From NCBI GenBank assembly GCA_963668355.1, contig OY764265.1, positions 1,728,001-1,792,000 of the forward strand: a DNA stretch of 64,000 bases, given 5' to 3'. The translations under genes and the position numbers were made by a program. Below the pieces are notes generated by a model. That model ran no database searches, had not been told where the DNA came from, and saw only the letters and a list, made by a program, of their open reading frames with translations. Numbering within the stretch: the first letter of the stretch is position 1; every line of letters begins with the position of its first letter. This DNA comes from Bdellovibrionota bacterium. Its GTDB lineage: Bacteria > Bdellovibrionota_G > JALEGL01 > DATDPG01. Below, in pieces: positions 8,773 through 18,736 of the stretch.

Positions 8773-10098
8773 ATGAAACGCCATCATCGCCTCATTTCAA
8801 TGCTTACCATTTACGTTTTCGTCATGGGCACGGTTCCCCCATTACAGGCGAAAGTTCGCAAGAATGCGCCAATTCTAGCCACTGTGGGCTTCCGGACGCA
8901 GGACGGTGTTGCAGAGCGCCAAACGCGGGGCTACCTCCAAAGGCAATTTCAGAAATCTGGCAGGGTTAAGGTCGTTTCGGAAAAGGTCGCGGCCAAACAA
9001 GTAAAAAAAATGCACCGCTTGGAGCAAAAAGGGGCCCTTAATAGTTTGAGGCAAGCGCAACAAGAATTTGCTCGTGGAAAGAAGCTCTATGACCGGTTGG
9101 AAATTGATCCAGCCATCGCCCATTTCTCCAAAGCCGTTCGAGGATATCGAGAAGGCATCGCCGCTCTTCAGGAAAATAAATTTCTTTTGGCCTCTCATTT
9201 GTATCTCGGAATGTCTTTGGTGATTCGCGGCCGAGTAAAAGAGGGAAGTGAATACATCCGACAAATGATTGTTTTAAATCCCTGGCGGGAAAAACAAAAA
9301 CTTCCTTCCCGCGAATTTCCACCAAAAATTGTCAAATTGCATCGTGACTTAACGCAAAAAGTTTTGAAAGGGCCTCGTGGAAAAGTCACGATTCAGACTT
9401 CTCCTCCGGGGGCGACGGTCTTTTTTGATGGGGTGAAGCAACGTTCTACGCCTGTTGAACTCGAACAAGTCCCGGCTGGCCAACATTTTGTCACCATCGA
9501 GAAGACGGGGTTTCGTCGTTTTTCGACCTTAGTGGATGTGAAAGATGGAGAAACAAAAGTCAATGCTCCTTTAGAAACTTGGGACCCCTTGGCTCCTCAA
9601 AAATTCGATCTTCGAAATGATCCGGATGAAATTGCTTATCTTACGGAGTTGGGGGAGATGTTAGGGGCTCGTATTTTGGTTCTTGGGGATGTGGAGACCA
9701 CAAAAGAGAAAAAAGTTCGATTGAGTGCCCAGCTTTTTGATACGCATTCTCGAGAGTTTTCGAAAGTGGAAGCGGAAGAAGTTTCCAGGGGACGCATCAA
9801 ATCCGGTGCCAACAAGCTTTATGAACAATTGATGAACAATCTCTCCATCGGGGGAGGGGTTGTGACATGGCTGGATCCGAATGGAGATGTTCCCGGCTTG
9901 GATCGCCCTGACGCTAATTCTTATGCGCAAGCGACAACCTCTCGCGAGAACAATGACCAACCCTTGTATGAGAAATGGTGGTTCTGGACCATTGTGGGAG
10001 CTGTTGCCATCGGGGGGGGCGGAGCGGCCTTGCTGCTTCTGAACAAATCGGAGCCAGATTACAATATTTTGAGTGTTTCCAATCCTTTTGCTCCGTGA
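8773..10098 (+). CDS. Exported TPR/PEGA-domain protein with C-terminal membrane segment
   Basis: Signal peptide; PEGA (IQTSPPGATVFFDG...TP...PAGQHFVTIEKTGF); C-terminal LYEKWWFW + hydrophobic segment. Confidence 0.85.
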   Translation: MKRHHRLISMLTIYVFVMGTVPPLQAKVRKNAPILATVGFRTQDGVAERQTRGYLQRQFQKSGRVKVVSEKVAAKQVKKMHRLEQKGALNSLRQAQQEFARGKKLYDRLEIDPAIAHFSKAVRGYREGIAALQENKFLLASHLYLGMSLVIRGRVKEGSEYIRQMIVLNPWREKQKLPSREFPPKIVKLHRDLTQKVLKGPRGKVTIQTSPPGATVFFDGVKQRSTPVELEQVPAGQHFVTIEKTGFRRFSTLVDVKDGETKVNAPLETWDPLAPQKFDLRNDPDEIAYLTELGEMLGARILVLGDVETTKEKKVRLSAQLFDTHSREFSKVEAEEVSRGRIKSGANKLYEQLMNNLSIGGGVVTWLDPNGDVPGLDRPDANSYAQATTSRENNDQPLYEKWWFWTIVGAVAIGGGGAALLLLNKSEPDYNILSVSNPFAP

Positions 10099-12119
10099 CC
10101 TCTGTTGAAGCCTTAGTCCGCTGGGTGCTTGTTCTCTTTGTCTTGCATGGCATGACGAGAATCCCGGCCCAACGGCTCTTGGGAAGATCTCTGGGGGCTC
10201 TTAATCTTCCATTGCTTTTGTTGATTTGGTCCTATTCCTATTGGCTCATTGGGAGTGTGTTTCGTGTGGACACGCTCCACATTGTTTTGTTTTTCTGTGG
10301 GATTTTCTCGATCGGATCGATTTGGTGGGCTTCCCGCATGGTTGAAGGTGGCTCGAAGTCCATTCGAGAAAAGCCAACAAAACATTCTTTTCTGATTTTT
10401 TCGGGTTTGTTTCTTATGGCCGTGCTCATTCGAGCCTATTCCCCTTCTCTCTCTCATGCCGAAAAATTCGCGGATCTTACTTTTCTTCAGGCCTCGCTTT
10501 TGGGTACTCATTTTCCTCCCGTGGACCGTTGGCTTTCCGGTGAAAGCGTAAATTACTACTACTTCGGCTACATGTTCTTTGTTCCAATCATTCGATTGAG
10601 TGGTGTGCCCATCGAATTTGCATATGGGCTTTCTGCGTGCACGGTTTACGCCTTCATGGGGATAACGGCCTATGCGATTCTTCTTCGAGCTTCGGGGCAG
10701 AAATGGACCGCTTGGATGGGCATGTTGTCCGTGACGCTCTTTTCGAATTGGGAGTGGATGGGACAAATCTTCAAACTCAAAAGCCTTCGTCAGTTTTCCT
10801 GGTGGAGCAGCTCCCGTGCCATCGAAGGGACGATTACGGAATTTCCTTTTTTCTCATTTCTTCTGGGGGATTTGCATCCACACTTTGTTGCTTTGCCTTG
10901 GATGACGCTCACGTTTGGATTGTTTTATCTCTTTGATTCCGCTCGCAAATCAGGTGTGGAGAAAAAGATTCTTTTGATGATGGGAGGAATGACCGCCCTT
11001 TCCTTGGGGGTTCACTACCCTTTGAATCCGTGGGGCTTACCCTTTCTGGCTTTCTTGTTGGCCTGGATGATGGGGAAGGAATGGAAAACGACGGTTATTT
11101 TTGGGGCGGCCTCACTTTTCTTATTCCTTCCGTTTTGGATGACCTATCAACGACCGGTTTCGGGGATTCATTGGGTGCCGAGTTCTCTTCACAGTGAACT
11201 TCTCCCTTTTATCTCTCATTGGGGACTATTTCTGCTTCCCCTGACATGGCTCCTCTTTGTGAATGTGAAAGGCCGATCCAAAACACAACAGATTGTTTTG
11301 CTTGCGGTTTCCTTGGCTGCAGGCCTGGTCGGAGGCGTCGTTTTGGGTGTTTTGACTTGGATGGCGGGGGCGGTTCTTCGTCTCCCAACCGAAAAGCCAT
11401 ATTGGAAACATCTTCTTTTCCTCTCGATTCTCTTTGTGGGGTTGTGTGAGGTCATTCACTTGGATGATCTTTATGGCCCCGAATTAAAACGAATGAACAC
11501 GGTATTTAAGTTTTATACCTTGGCATGGTGGGGCTTCTCCTTATCTTTGCCGGTGGTTGTGACCTATATGTGGAAGAAAAATGCGATATTTCGTCGTGGC
11601 ATGCAATTCATGTTGCCTGTCCTCGTTATTCTTTCTCTGGTTTACCCTGTGTGGGCTGTCTATGTTCGTTCCGAGCGAACACCTGAAATTCCCACACTGA
11701 ATGGGATGGCGTATTGGGACTATTCCCTACCCGGGGAAGCTGAAGGGGTGCGTTGGCTTCGAGAAAACACGAACCCTCAAGACGTGATCTGGGAATCTGT
11801 GGGTGCTCCCTACGGGAACCACGGACGTTTTGCCGCTCTTTCTGGGCGGCCTTCTGTTCTGGGCTGGGTCAATCATCAGTGGGTGTGGCGAAAAAATGGG
11901 CGTGAATTGGCGGGTGCTCGCCTGGAGGAAATTCAATCTCTGCTAAATCAACCTAAGCTTTCAGAAGTCCTTCAATTCCTTCAAAAACATTCGGTTCGTT
12001 GGATTGTGATTGGAACCTTAGAAAAACGAGAATACTCGCCAGAACTCCTGCAGACGCTATCAACTTTTCCGGTCACGTTTTCCAACGAAAGCATGGAAAT
12101 TCGCCAGGTAAATTTGTGA
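10095..12119 (+). CDS. DUF2298 (YYY membrane protein), putative GT-C glycosyltransferase
   Basis: EKFAD...PPVDRWLSGESVNYYYFG, TITEFPFFSFLLGDLHPH and RMNTVFKFY motifs; many TMs; GTG 10095 overlaps the previous stop (GTGA). Confidence 0.85.
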   Translation: MTSVEALVRWVLVLFVLHGMTRIPAQRLLGRSLGALNLPLLLLIWSYSYWLIGSVFRVDTLHIVLFFCGIFSIGSIWWASRMVEGGSKSIREKPTKHSFLIFSGLFLMAVLIRAYSPSLSHAEKFADLTFLQASLLGTHFPPVDRWLSGESVNYYYFGYMFFVPIIRLSGVPIEFAYGLSACTVYAFMGITAYAILLRASGQKWTAWMGMLSVTLFSNWEWMGQIFKLKSLRQFSWWSSSRAIEGTITEFPFFSFLLGDLHPHFVALPWMTLTFGLFYLFDSARKSGVEKKILLMMGGMTALSLGVHYPLNPWGLPFLAFLLAWMMGKEWKTTVIFGAASLFLFLPFWMTYQRPVSGIHWVPSSLHSELLPFISHWGLFLLPLTWLLFVNVKGRSKTQQIVLLAVSLAAGLVGGVVLGVLTWMAGAVLRLPTEKPYWKHLLFLSILFVGLCEVIHLDDLYGPELKRMNTVFKFYTLAWWGFSLSLPVVVTYMWKKNAIFRRGMQFMLPVLVILSLVYPVWAVYVRSERTPEIPTLNGMAYWDYSLPGEAEGVRWLRENTNPQDVIWESVGAPYGNHGRFAALSGRPSVLGWVNHQWVWRKNGRELAGARLEEIQSLLNQPKLSEVLQFLQKHSVRWIVIGTLEKREYSPELLQTLSTFPVTFSNESMEIRQVNL

Positions 12120-12126
12120 TCGACTT

Positions 12127-13425
12127 CTAGGGTCGGTGAAGTTCTTTTGTGACTTGGTCGGCCAATGCCATGGAAAAGTTCATGTTCCGATCTTCGGGAA
12201 AGATGTGACTCGTATTCGCGAAGAAAAGCCCCTTTTTGGAAGATCGAATGGGGGGCGTGTGGCTTAGATACTCCCGCGTATAGATCGGAGTGGCATAAGC
12301 ATCTCGAAAAAGAAAAATTCGTTTAATTTGATCGGGCGTATAATGCGGAAAAACTTTTTTCAAGCCTTTCTCATATCTCGAAAAAAGTGCTTCTTTGGAT
12401 TCCTTTAACCAAGCGTGGTCTTGAGGAAGGTAGTTGAACAAATAGGCCACGTACTGGTTGTCGTAGTCTTCTTTGGGGACAAAATTAGTTTGTTCGATGA
12501 CTCCGGTAAAAGGGATGCTCCGGTCTCCGATATTGAGCCAATAGGTGGAACTTAAGGGGCGATCCATAACCACGACCATGCACAAAATGGCCTGGTAGTG
12601 AATGTTTTGAAGGCTTTGACGTTCTTTTTCGGGGAGGAAAGGACACAATTTGACGATTTGAGGAGAGGGAATGGAAAGAATGACATGCTCGAAGTCAAAG
12701 GATTCCTGAGGAGAAGACAATGTCCAATGGTTTTCGGAATGGTGTTGGATGTGTTGGATGGGAGTTCGTTTTCGAATGTCTCCACCTTTTCGTTGAAGGT
12801 GTTTTTCAAGTTCCTCCAGCATCAACGGAAAGCCACCTCGAAGGTATCCGAGGCGTTCCACGTCTTTTTTACGTCCTCCCGCCCGAGCGTGAATTCTTCC
12901 CCACAGCCAAGCTGCAGAAATTTGGTCTGCGGCTTCCCCAAATTTTCCTTGGAGGAGGGGCCTCCAAAAAAGATCATAAATGGGCTTTCCCCAATCTCTT
13001 TCCACCCATTCTTTTACGGTCAATTGATCCAGCTTTTTCGCGTCTTTTCGATGTTGGGTGCGTAAAATATTGATCCCAAACTTCAGGCGTTCAGTGAACG
13101 AAAGAAGGTCAAATTTGAGGAGGTCGAGCGGAGAGTTGAAGGGGTAGGTTTTTCCTTGTGAAAAAAAACCCATGCGGGAAGGCATCCAATGCAGCTTTTC
13201 TTCCAAACCCAATTTATTGATCAACTTCCGAATGTGGGTGTCGGATGGAAAAATGTGGTGAAAGTATTTCTCCAACCGGACCGAGCCCAGTTGGCACGAA
13301 GAAATCAGGCCTCCCAATTTGGAACTTTGCTCAAAAACCGTTACGGACCGCCCTTGTTCGATGAGGTTCTGAGCAATGGCGAGACCCGTGATTCCGCCTC
13401 CGACGATGCCAAACTCTTTTTTCAT
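12127..13425 (-). CDS. NAD(P)/FAD-dependent oxidoreductase (amine oxidase/protoporphyrinogen oxidase-like fold)
   Basis: GIVGGGITGL dinucleotide motif, EKYFHHIF, PEDRNMN; coupled to the GT2 gene. Confidence 0.8.
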   Translation of the reverse strand: MKKEFGIVGGGITGLAIAQNLIEQGRSVTVFEQSSKLGGLISSCQLGSVRLEKYFHHIFPSDTHIRKLINKLGLEEKLHWMPSRMGFFSQGKTYPFNSPLDLLKFDLLSFTERLKFGINILRTQHRKDAKKLDQLTVKEWVERDWGKPIYDLFWRPLLQGKFGEAADQISAAWLWGRIHARAGGRKKDVERLGYLRGGFPLMLEELEKHLQRKGGDIRKRTPIQHIQHHSENHWTLSSPQESFDFEHVILSIPSPQIVKLCPFLPEKERQSLQNIHYQAILCMVVVMDRPLSSTYWLNIGDRSIPFTGVIEQTNFVPKEDYDNQYVAYLFNYLPQDHAWLKESKEALFSRYEKGLKKVFPHYTPDQIKRIFLFRDAYATPIYTREYLSHTPPIRSSKKGLFFANTSHIFPEDRNMNFSMALADQVTKELHRP

Positions 13426-14108
13426 GAACCTCGAACTTCAATCCAAAGACGAACCAAGGCTTTTAACGTGCGAAAGACATCACGAGGTTTGACGGTGGAG
13501 GTGCCTTCTTTTCTTGGAAAATGATGCACGCCCACCTCTTTGATTTTCAAACCTTTTCGATGGGCTTTGACCAGGATTTCTCCATCAATGAGGAACCCGT
13601 TGGAATTCAGGGCGAGTTTCTTGAAAACCGAGCGATGGAATAGTTTTAAGGCACAATCGATATCTCGAACGCCTCTTAGGCCAAAAAACAGTCGCACCAA
13701 AAAATTATAAGAAGCTGCAGCAAATTTTCGAAACCAGGGATCTTGTCGGTTCATGCGAAAACCCACGACCATGTCCTGGTCTGCTTTTTGTTCCCAGAGT
13801 TCCTGAATTTCCATCAAATCAAATTGATTGTCTGCGTCTGTGTACGCAACCCACTCTCCTTTAGCAGCTTCAAAACCATTTCGAAGGGCGGTCCCATATC
13901 CGAGGTTTGTGGCGTGGTGAATGGCAACCACCCGACCAGGGTGCTCTAGTTCCAGTTTGGCCAGAATTTTCCCCGTTTCATCTTGGCTTCCGTCATTCAC
14001 AACCACCACTTCTCCAGAAAACGAAGATAGGGCTTCGAGCGCATGAGTGACTGATTTCTCAATGTTTTCGGCCTCATTAAACGCGGGCAAGACAATTGAA
14101 AGTTCCAT
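13422..14108 (-). CDS. GT2 glycosyltransferase, polyprenol-phosphate glycosyltransferase (DPM1-like)
   Basis: SIVLPAFNE, VVNDGSQD, NLGYGTAL, DAD, DIDCALKLF. Confidence 0.9.
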   Translation of the reverse strand: MELSIVLPAFNEAENIEKSVTHALEALSSFSGEVVVVNDGSQDETGKILAKLELEHPGRVVAIHHATNLGYGTALRNGFEAAKGEWVAYTDADNQFDLMEIQELWEQKADQDMVVGFRMNRQDPWFRKFAAASYNFLVRLFFGLRGVRDIDCALKLFHRSVFKKLALNSNGFLIDGEILVKAHRKGLKIKEVGVHHFPRKEGTSTVKPRDVFRTLKALVRLWIEVRGS

Positions 14109-14163
14109 GGTTTTTAAAGTTCCTTATTCTACAGTCTGGCTTGGGAATGGTACAATAATCTGT

Positions 14164-15483
14164 ATGCAGCTTACCCTGCCTCAGGTCCTGTCCGTATTCT
14201 TGTCTCTGCTCTTGGTGTTGCCCTCAACTTGGGCGAGGGCGGCCACAAAACCGACTGTGTTGGTTGCTCCGATGGAAGGTGGAGAAGGAAATCGCAGGGC
14301 CAGATCGGCCCTCATTTCTTCTTTTCGAGAAACGGGGCAAGTTAATGTCATTGAAGAGGATGCCGTGGATCGTTATCTGGAAGATCGAAACGCTTCCAGC
14401 CAAGGGCATGAAAGTCCTTCCGATGGAACTCAAAAGTTAAAAAGTGGAATTAAGGCCTATCGGGCATTGAAGATTGACCAAGCGATTTCACATCTCGAAT
14501 TGGCCAAGAAGGAATTTCGCGAGCATCTGGTGCAAGCGGAGGATTTCCAGGCTTTGCGTGCGACACAAATGTATTTGGCCATGACGTATCTCGCCAAGAA
14601 AAATCGTCAAAGGGCCAAAGATGAAATTACGGAAGCCATTCTTTTGGATCCTGGAAGAGAAAAGCGCAAACTTCCCTCGAAACATTATTCCCCCGCCGTT
14701 CGAAAACTGTTCCGAGAAGTTCTTCGACAGATCATGGAGGGAGAACATGGGGATCTGGAAGTAACATCGCTTCCTTCTGGAGCTGTGGTTTATGTGGATG
14801 GAAAATCGATTGGGGCTTCTCCCGTTCGTGTCCGCGAACTCCCTGCTGGCGAACATTTTCTCCGAGTGGAGGCCGAAGGAAGAAAACCCTATATGAAAGC
14901 CGTAACGATCATTCAAGGAGAGAACCGCATTCCTGTAGAACTTCCGAAAATTGATTCGGTTGATCTCGAAAAGATGTTTTCCATTTTACCGAAAGCCGAT
15001 CAAATCTCTCCAAAGCGATCGGCCTTTTTGGATGAAATGGGAATTGGTTTGGGTGCGGACATTCTTGTATTTTTGGCTCCATCCGAGGGAAGCGTAAAAG
15101 GTCAATTGTATGATTTGAGAAGCCAAGAGATCTCCGTTCTGGAATCCGGTTCTTCCCCTCAAGAGCTTGTGAATAAGCTCTCCAAGCACATGGATTCGGA
15201 TGGTTATGTGATTCCCCCCAAAACGGAACTTTCCAAACGAAGTCAACAAACGGTCCAGCGTCAAAATCCGCCCATTTTTCGACCTGCTCCAGGGACCCGT
15301 CTGTCGGACCAAGCGACCCATCCAATGCCTAAGACGTCACCGACAGAAAACCAATGGTATAAAAATAAGTGGATCTGGATTGGCGTGGGAGCCGTACTTG
15401 CAACCGGCGCAGGGGTTTTCCTTTTGACGGATCTAGGAAAGAAAGGGGCCACAACCAGCACAATCAATGTGACCATTCCATGA
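14164..15483 (+). CDS. Exported TPR/PEGA-domain protein (paralog 2)
   Basis: Signal peptide from ATG 14164; VTSLPSGAVVYVDGKSIG PEGA; WYKNKWIW + hydrophobic segment. Confidence 0.85.
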   Translation: MQLTLPQVLSVFLSLLLVLPSTWARAATKPTVLVAPMEGGEGNRRARSALISSFRETGQVNVIEEDAVDRYLEDRNASSQGHESPSDGTQKLKSGIKAYRALKIDQAISHLELAKKEFREHLVQAEDFQALRATQMYLAMTYLAKKNRQRAKDEITEAILLDPGREKRKLPSKHYSPAVRKLFREVLRQIMEGEHGDLEVTSLPSGAVVYVDGKSIGASPVRVRELPAGEHFLRVEAEGRKPYMKAVTIIQGENRIPVELPKIDSVDLEKMFSILPKADQISPKRSAFLDEMGIGLGADILVFLAPSEGSVKGQLYDLRSQEISVLESGSSPQELVNKLSKHMDSDGYVIPPKTELSKRSQQTVQRQNPPIFRPAPGTRLSDQATHPMPKTSPTENQWYKNKWIWIGVGAVLATGAGVFLLTDLGKKGATTSTINVTIP

Positions 15484-16823
15484 ATACCGAGAGATTTAAA
15501 ATTTTCGCTGTTTTGTTAAGTCTTGTGATTGCCTTTCCGCCAAGCTTGGCTTGGTCTCAAGGTAAAAGAAAGGAAGCCAAGGTGGTCGTGGGAGCGGTTT
15601 CGGTTCCTTCATCTCTCTTGTCTCAAGAGCGTCGTTTGAGAACAGGAATTGTGAATGCTTTTCATCATCAACCGGGGGTTCAACTAGCCTCTCGAAAAGA
15701 TGTGGATGCGTGGCGAAAAAGGGTCATGAAAGAGGATCAGCCGGAGGATCGTTCGGCGGAGGAGCTTAACTACGCTCGCGAACTTCTTTCTCAAGGAAAG
15801 AGGGATTATGAACAATTTCGCTTCGAAGAATCCATTCAGAGCTTGAGAGAAGCTCGACGAATCTTCATTTACAATTTACCCGCCCTTCGCTCCAACCGCG
15901 ATTTAATCGATACGCATCTGTGGTTGGGAGTGGTCTATGCGGTGACCAAAAAAGACTCTCAAGCCAAAGAGGAGTTTCGACGTGTGGTCTATCTGGACTC
16001 GAAACGCGAGTTGGATCGACGAGGATATGCCCCCAATATTTTGAAGCTTTTTACGGAGGTAAAGAGAGAGGTCATGAAAGCCTCTCTCATTCGTGTGCGT
16101 GTGGAGTCTTCTGTTCCTGGTGCGGTGGTTTATTTGAACGGAAGATCAGTGGGAAACGCCCCTCTCGAAATGAGACTTCTTCCGGGAGAATACTTTGTAT
16201 TGGTCGAAAAAAAGGGTCTCAAGCCTTGGTATAAACCCATCCGATTTAAACAAAGAATTGAAACCGTTCGAGCCAGCTTAAAACCCGAAACAGGCGGACA
16301 GAAGTGGCTACAAACGTTTCGAGTCCGGGAAGGAGAGGATCAAAGCAATCCGGACCTTTCTTTGCTGAGAGATTTGGCCAAGTCTGTGGGCAGTGAAATC
16401 GTTTTTCTGGGAAGTGTGGAAAAAAAGTACAAGTTTAGAATTTTAGGACAGCTTTATGACGTTCGCACCTCACAGTTTTCCAAGGTAGCCATGGTGGACC
16501 TGGAACCAAACTTACGTGGATATAAAGAAGACGCGCAGAGTTTGGTCGATACGCTCATGGAATTTGTCCGTTCGGATGGATACGTGGTTTCCCCCGGAGC
16601 GCCGAACTTGGTTGTGCCCGGCCAAGCGTTGACCGTAGGGGCTGCGGATCGACCTCAACCCGCGATCATGAATGCACCTGCCGAAAAAAAACTTTGGTAT
16701 GAGCGTTGGTGGGTTTGGCCCTTGATTGTAGGTGCCGGAGTTGGTTTGTTTTTTGGAGTTCGGGAAGCCATCAGCTCAGATACTTCGGGCGGGATCGTTC
16801 TCGACAATCGCGGAAATTTTTAA
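15480..16823 (+). CDS. Exported TPR/PEGA-domain protein (paralog 3)
   Basis: ATG 15480 overlaps previous stop; VESSVPGAVVYLNG PEGA; WYERWWVW + hydrophobic segment. Confidence 0.85.
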   Translation: MNTERFKIFAVLLSLVIAFPPSLAWSQGKRKEAKVVVGAVSVPSSLLSQERRLRTGIVNAFHHQPGVQLASRKDVDAWRKRVMKEDQPEDRSAEELNYARELLSQGKRDYEQFRFEESIQSLREARRIFIYNLPALRSNRDLIDTHLWLGVVYAVTKKDSQAKEEFRRVVYLDSKRELDRRGYAPNILKLFTEVKREVMKASLIRVRVESSVPGAVVYLNGRSVGNAPLEMRLLPGEYFVLVEKKGLKPWYKPIRFKQRIETVRASLKPETGGQKWLQTFRVREGEDQSNPDLSLLRDLAKSVGSEIVFLGSVEKKYKFRILGQLYDVRTSQFSKVAMVDLEPNLRGYKEDAQSLVDTLMEFVRSDGYVVSPGAPNLVVPGQALTVGAADRPQPAIMNAPAEKKLWYERWWVWPLIVGAGVGLFFGVREAISSDTSGGIVLDNRGNF

Positions 16824-18656
16824 TTAGTGAGCCGCTAAGGCCATGGAATTTCGAAGCCACCCTTTGGGCGTTCGTTTTGGATTCAATGGAATTTTTCGAG
16901 CCATTTGTTTGAGAATCCGATGATGGGGATTGATGCGTTTCATCATCCCTTCGGAAAGTCGGATTTCAAAATGTCCTGGCTGATCATCTTTGTGATGTGT
17001 TCGCACCAGAGTTCCCACTACAACGACTTGATCATCAAACTCTTTTTGATCACCTAAAGGTAGGTATTGAGTAACAATCTTAGCCAGCTCTTGTAGGTGT
17101 TGGGTTCGGTAAATGACCGCTTTGAATTCTCCAAGTGTGTCATTTTGCAGATCCCAGCGCGTGTATTGAACAGACTCAGAGGCGGAAAACCAGGAAGGTT
17201 CTTGGCTCTTGGGTCCTTCGGAAGCACATTGGTCTTTTTGTCCTTTAGTCGGACACCAAAACGCCTGATTTCCACAAAGTGTGAAGAAAGATTCATACTG
17301 GTTCTTTTTGTTCAAGGCCATCTTTGCAAAAAAACCTGAGCCTTTAACGCCTAGGTGGTCTTCAATGTCCTTCGAGAGAGAATCCAGATCTGCATTATCG
17401 TCGGGTCGGGAATCTCCAAAGAAAGGAATGTAGGCCATGAAGGATTCTTGAGCACAACGCCGAGTCAGGTCGATATAGGAAATCGCCGGATTGTCATATA
17501 CGTTCAAGTTGGATGGCTCTTCCATGACCACAGGTTTTTCCGGAATGGATTCAATTTCCTCTTCCTCTGGTGGGGGAGAGAGCGGAGGAGCGAAGTCGGA
17601 TTCGGGTTCGGGATGAGCTTCCTCCGAAGAGGTCTCTTGGGGATTGGCGGGTGCGGAAACAGGAGGAGTGACTTTTTCCAAGGTTTCCGAATGGATTGCC
17701 TCTGAAGAAGTTGGATCTTCGGAAGCCTGAGGTTCTTCATTTTGTTCTTCAAAACTTTCCAAATCAAAGACATCCACGCCGATGTATCCATGAACCGTTT
17801 GTTCGGGGAGGGCAGGCTCGGTAATTTCCTTTTCTCGATTGTAGGTCTTAAACACATATCGAGCCTCTCCTTTGGCTTGTCCTTGGCCGGCATATAATAT
17901 ACCTCGGGCTTCGAGCCTTCTTCCGGTGGGGAGAGGTTTCGTGAAATTTCGAATTCGTTGAACCCAGCTATCGAAAGTTTGTTCTGCTAAGTCCCGAACT
18001 CCGTCCTGCATCATTTCATTTTCTTTTAAGAGGCCAAAACCATGTTCAATGAATTCCATGTCGAATGTGTGGTTTTTTTCTTCCTGCGTAAACTCACGTT
18101 CGAAAACGAGTTCCAGATGAAACTTATTTGGGTCTACAGCGTCTGATTGGAGTTTCGAGTCTCGAGAAATATTGTAATACTCATCCCCGTCACGAATGAT
18201 GCCTCTGAGAGCTTGAGAAGAACCTGACCCACTTCGACAAAGGATGACATCGTTGTCCAAGGACAATTGCGATACAAACGCCCGATCCAATACATCTTGG
18301 AGATCTTCTCGTTTGAAGGTTTTGAAACCATCCACCGTGTGAAGGGCGAGGGAGTTTGGTTTCAACTCTCCCTCCAATCGAATTTCGGCTGTAAGCGGAG
18401 CATCTACGCCGCAAAGTTCCTCGGTTGTGGCCAGGGACGTGGGGGTGTTTTGGAAAGGATTGTGGATCGAGATATCCGTTTCGTCCGAATTGATTACTGA
18501 GCCATCCTTGAGATCACCATTGACTTTCAGATTGTAGGTAAATGTTGGAAAGTCATTCAGACGGCCTGAAGAAAGGTCATCCCGTGTCAATGCACCCGGC
18601 GTTCCAGCCAAGTCGCATCCACATAGAAGTATGAATATGAGAGCAAAGTACTTCAT
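16824..18656 (-). CDS. Hypothetical lipoprotein with acidic Pro-rich linker
   Basis: MKYFALIFILLCGC lipobox from ATG 18656; long ORF with no recognised domain. Confidence 0.65.
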   Translation of the reverse strand: MKYFALIFILLCGCDLAGTPGALTRDDLSSGRLNDFPTFTYNLKVNGDLKDGSVINSDETDISIHNPFQNTPTSLATTEELCGVDAPLTAEIRLEGELKPNSLALHTVDGFKTFKREDLQDVLDRAFVSQLSLDNDVILCRSGSGSSQALRGIIRDGDEYYNISRDSKLQSDAVDPNKFHLELVFEREFTQEEKNHTFDMEFIEHGFGLLKENEMMQDGVRDLAEQTFDSWVQRIRNFTKPLPTGRRLEARGILYAGQGQAKGEARYVFKTYNREKEITEPALPEQTVHGYIGVDVFDLESFEEQNEEPQASEDPTSSEAIHSETLEKVTPPVSAPANPQETSSEEAHPEPESDFAPPLSPPPEEEEIESIPEKPVVMEEPSNLNVYDNPAISYIDLTRRCAQESFMAYIPFFGDSRPDDNADLDSLSKDIEDHLGVKGSGFFAKMALNKKNQYESFFTLCGNQAFWCPTKGQKDQCASEGPKSQEPSWFSASESVQYTRWDLQNDTLGEFKAVIYRTQHLQELAKIVTQYLPLGDQKEFDDQVVVVGTLVRTHHKDDQPGHFEIRLSEGMMKRINPHHRILKQMARKIPLNPKRTPKGWLRNSMALAAH

Positions 18657-18736
18657 TATTATTAAAGGGTTATTCTTTTCTTCCCCCAACCTCTATTTTG
18701 ATCAACCTTTTAAAAATTTTCCAATTTTTTAAGATT

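Noticed and set aside
12127..13425. Protoporphyrinogen oxidase HemY or a second HpnE
   Set aside because: Only the FAD fold is shared; context is glycosylation rather than heme or hopanoid synthesis.
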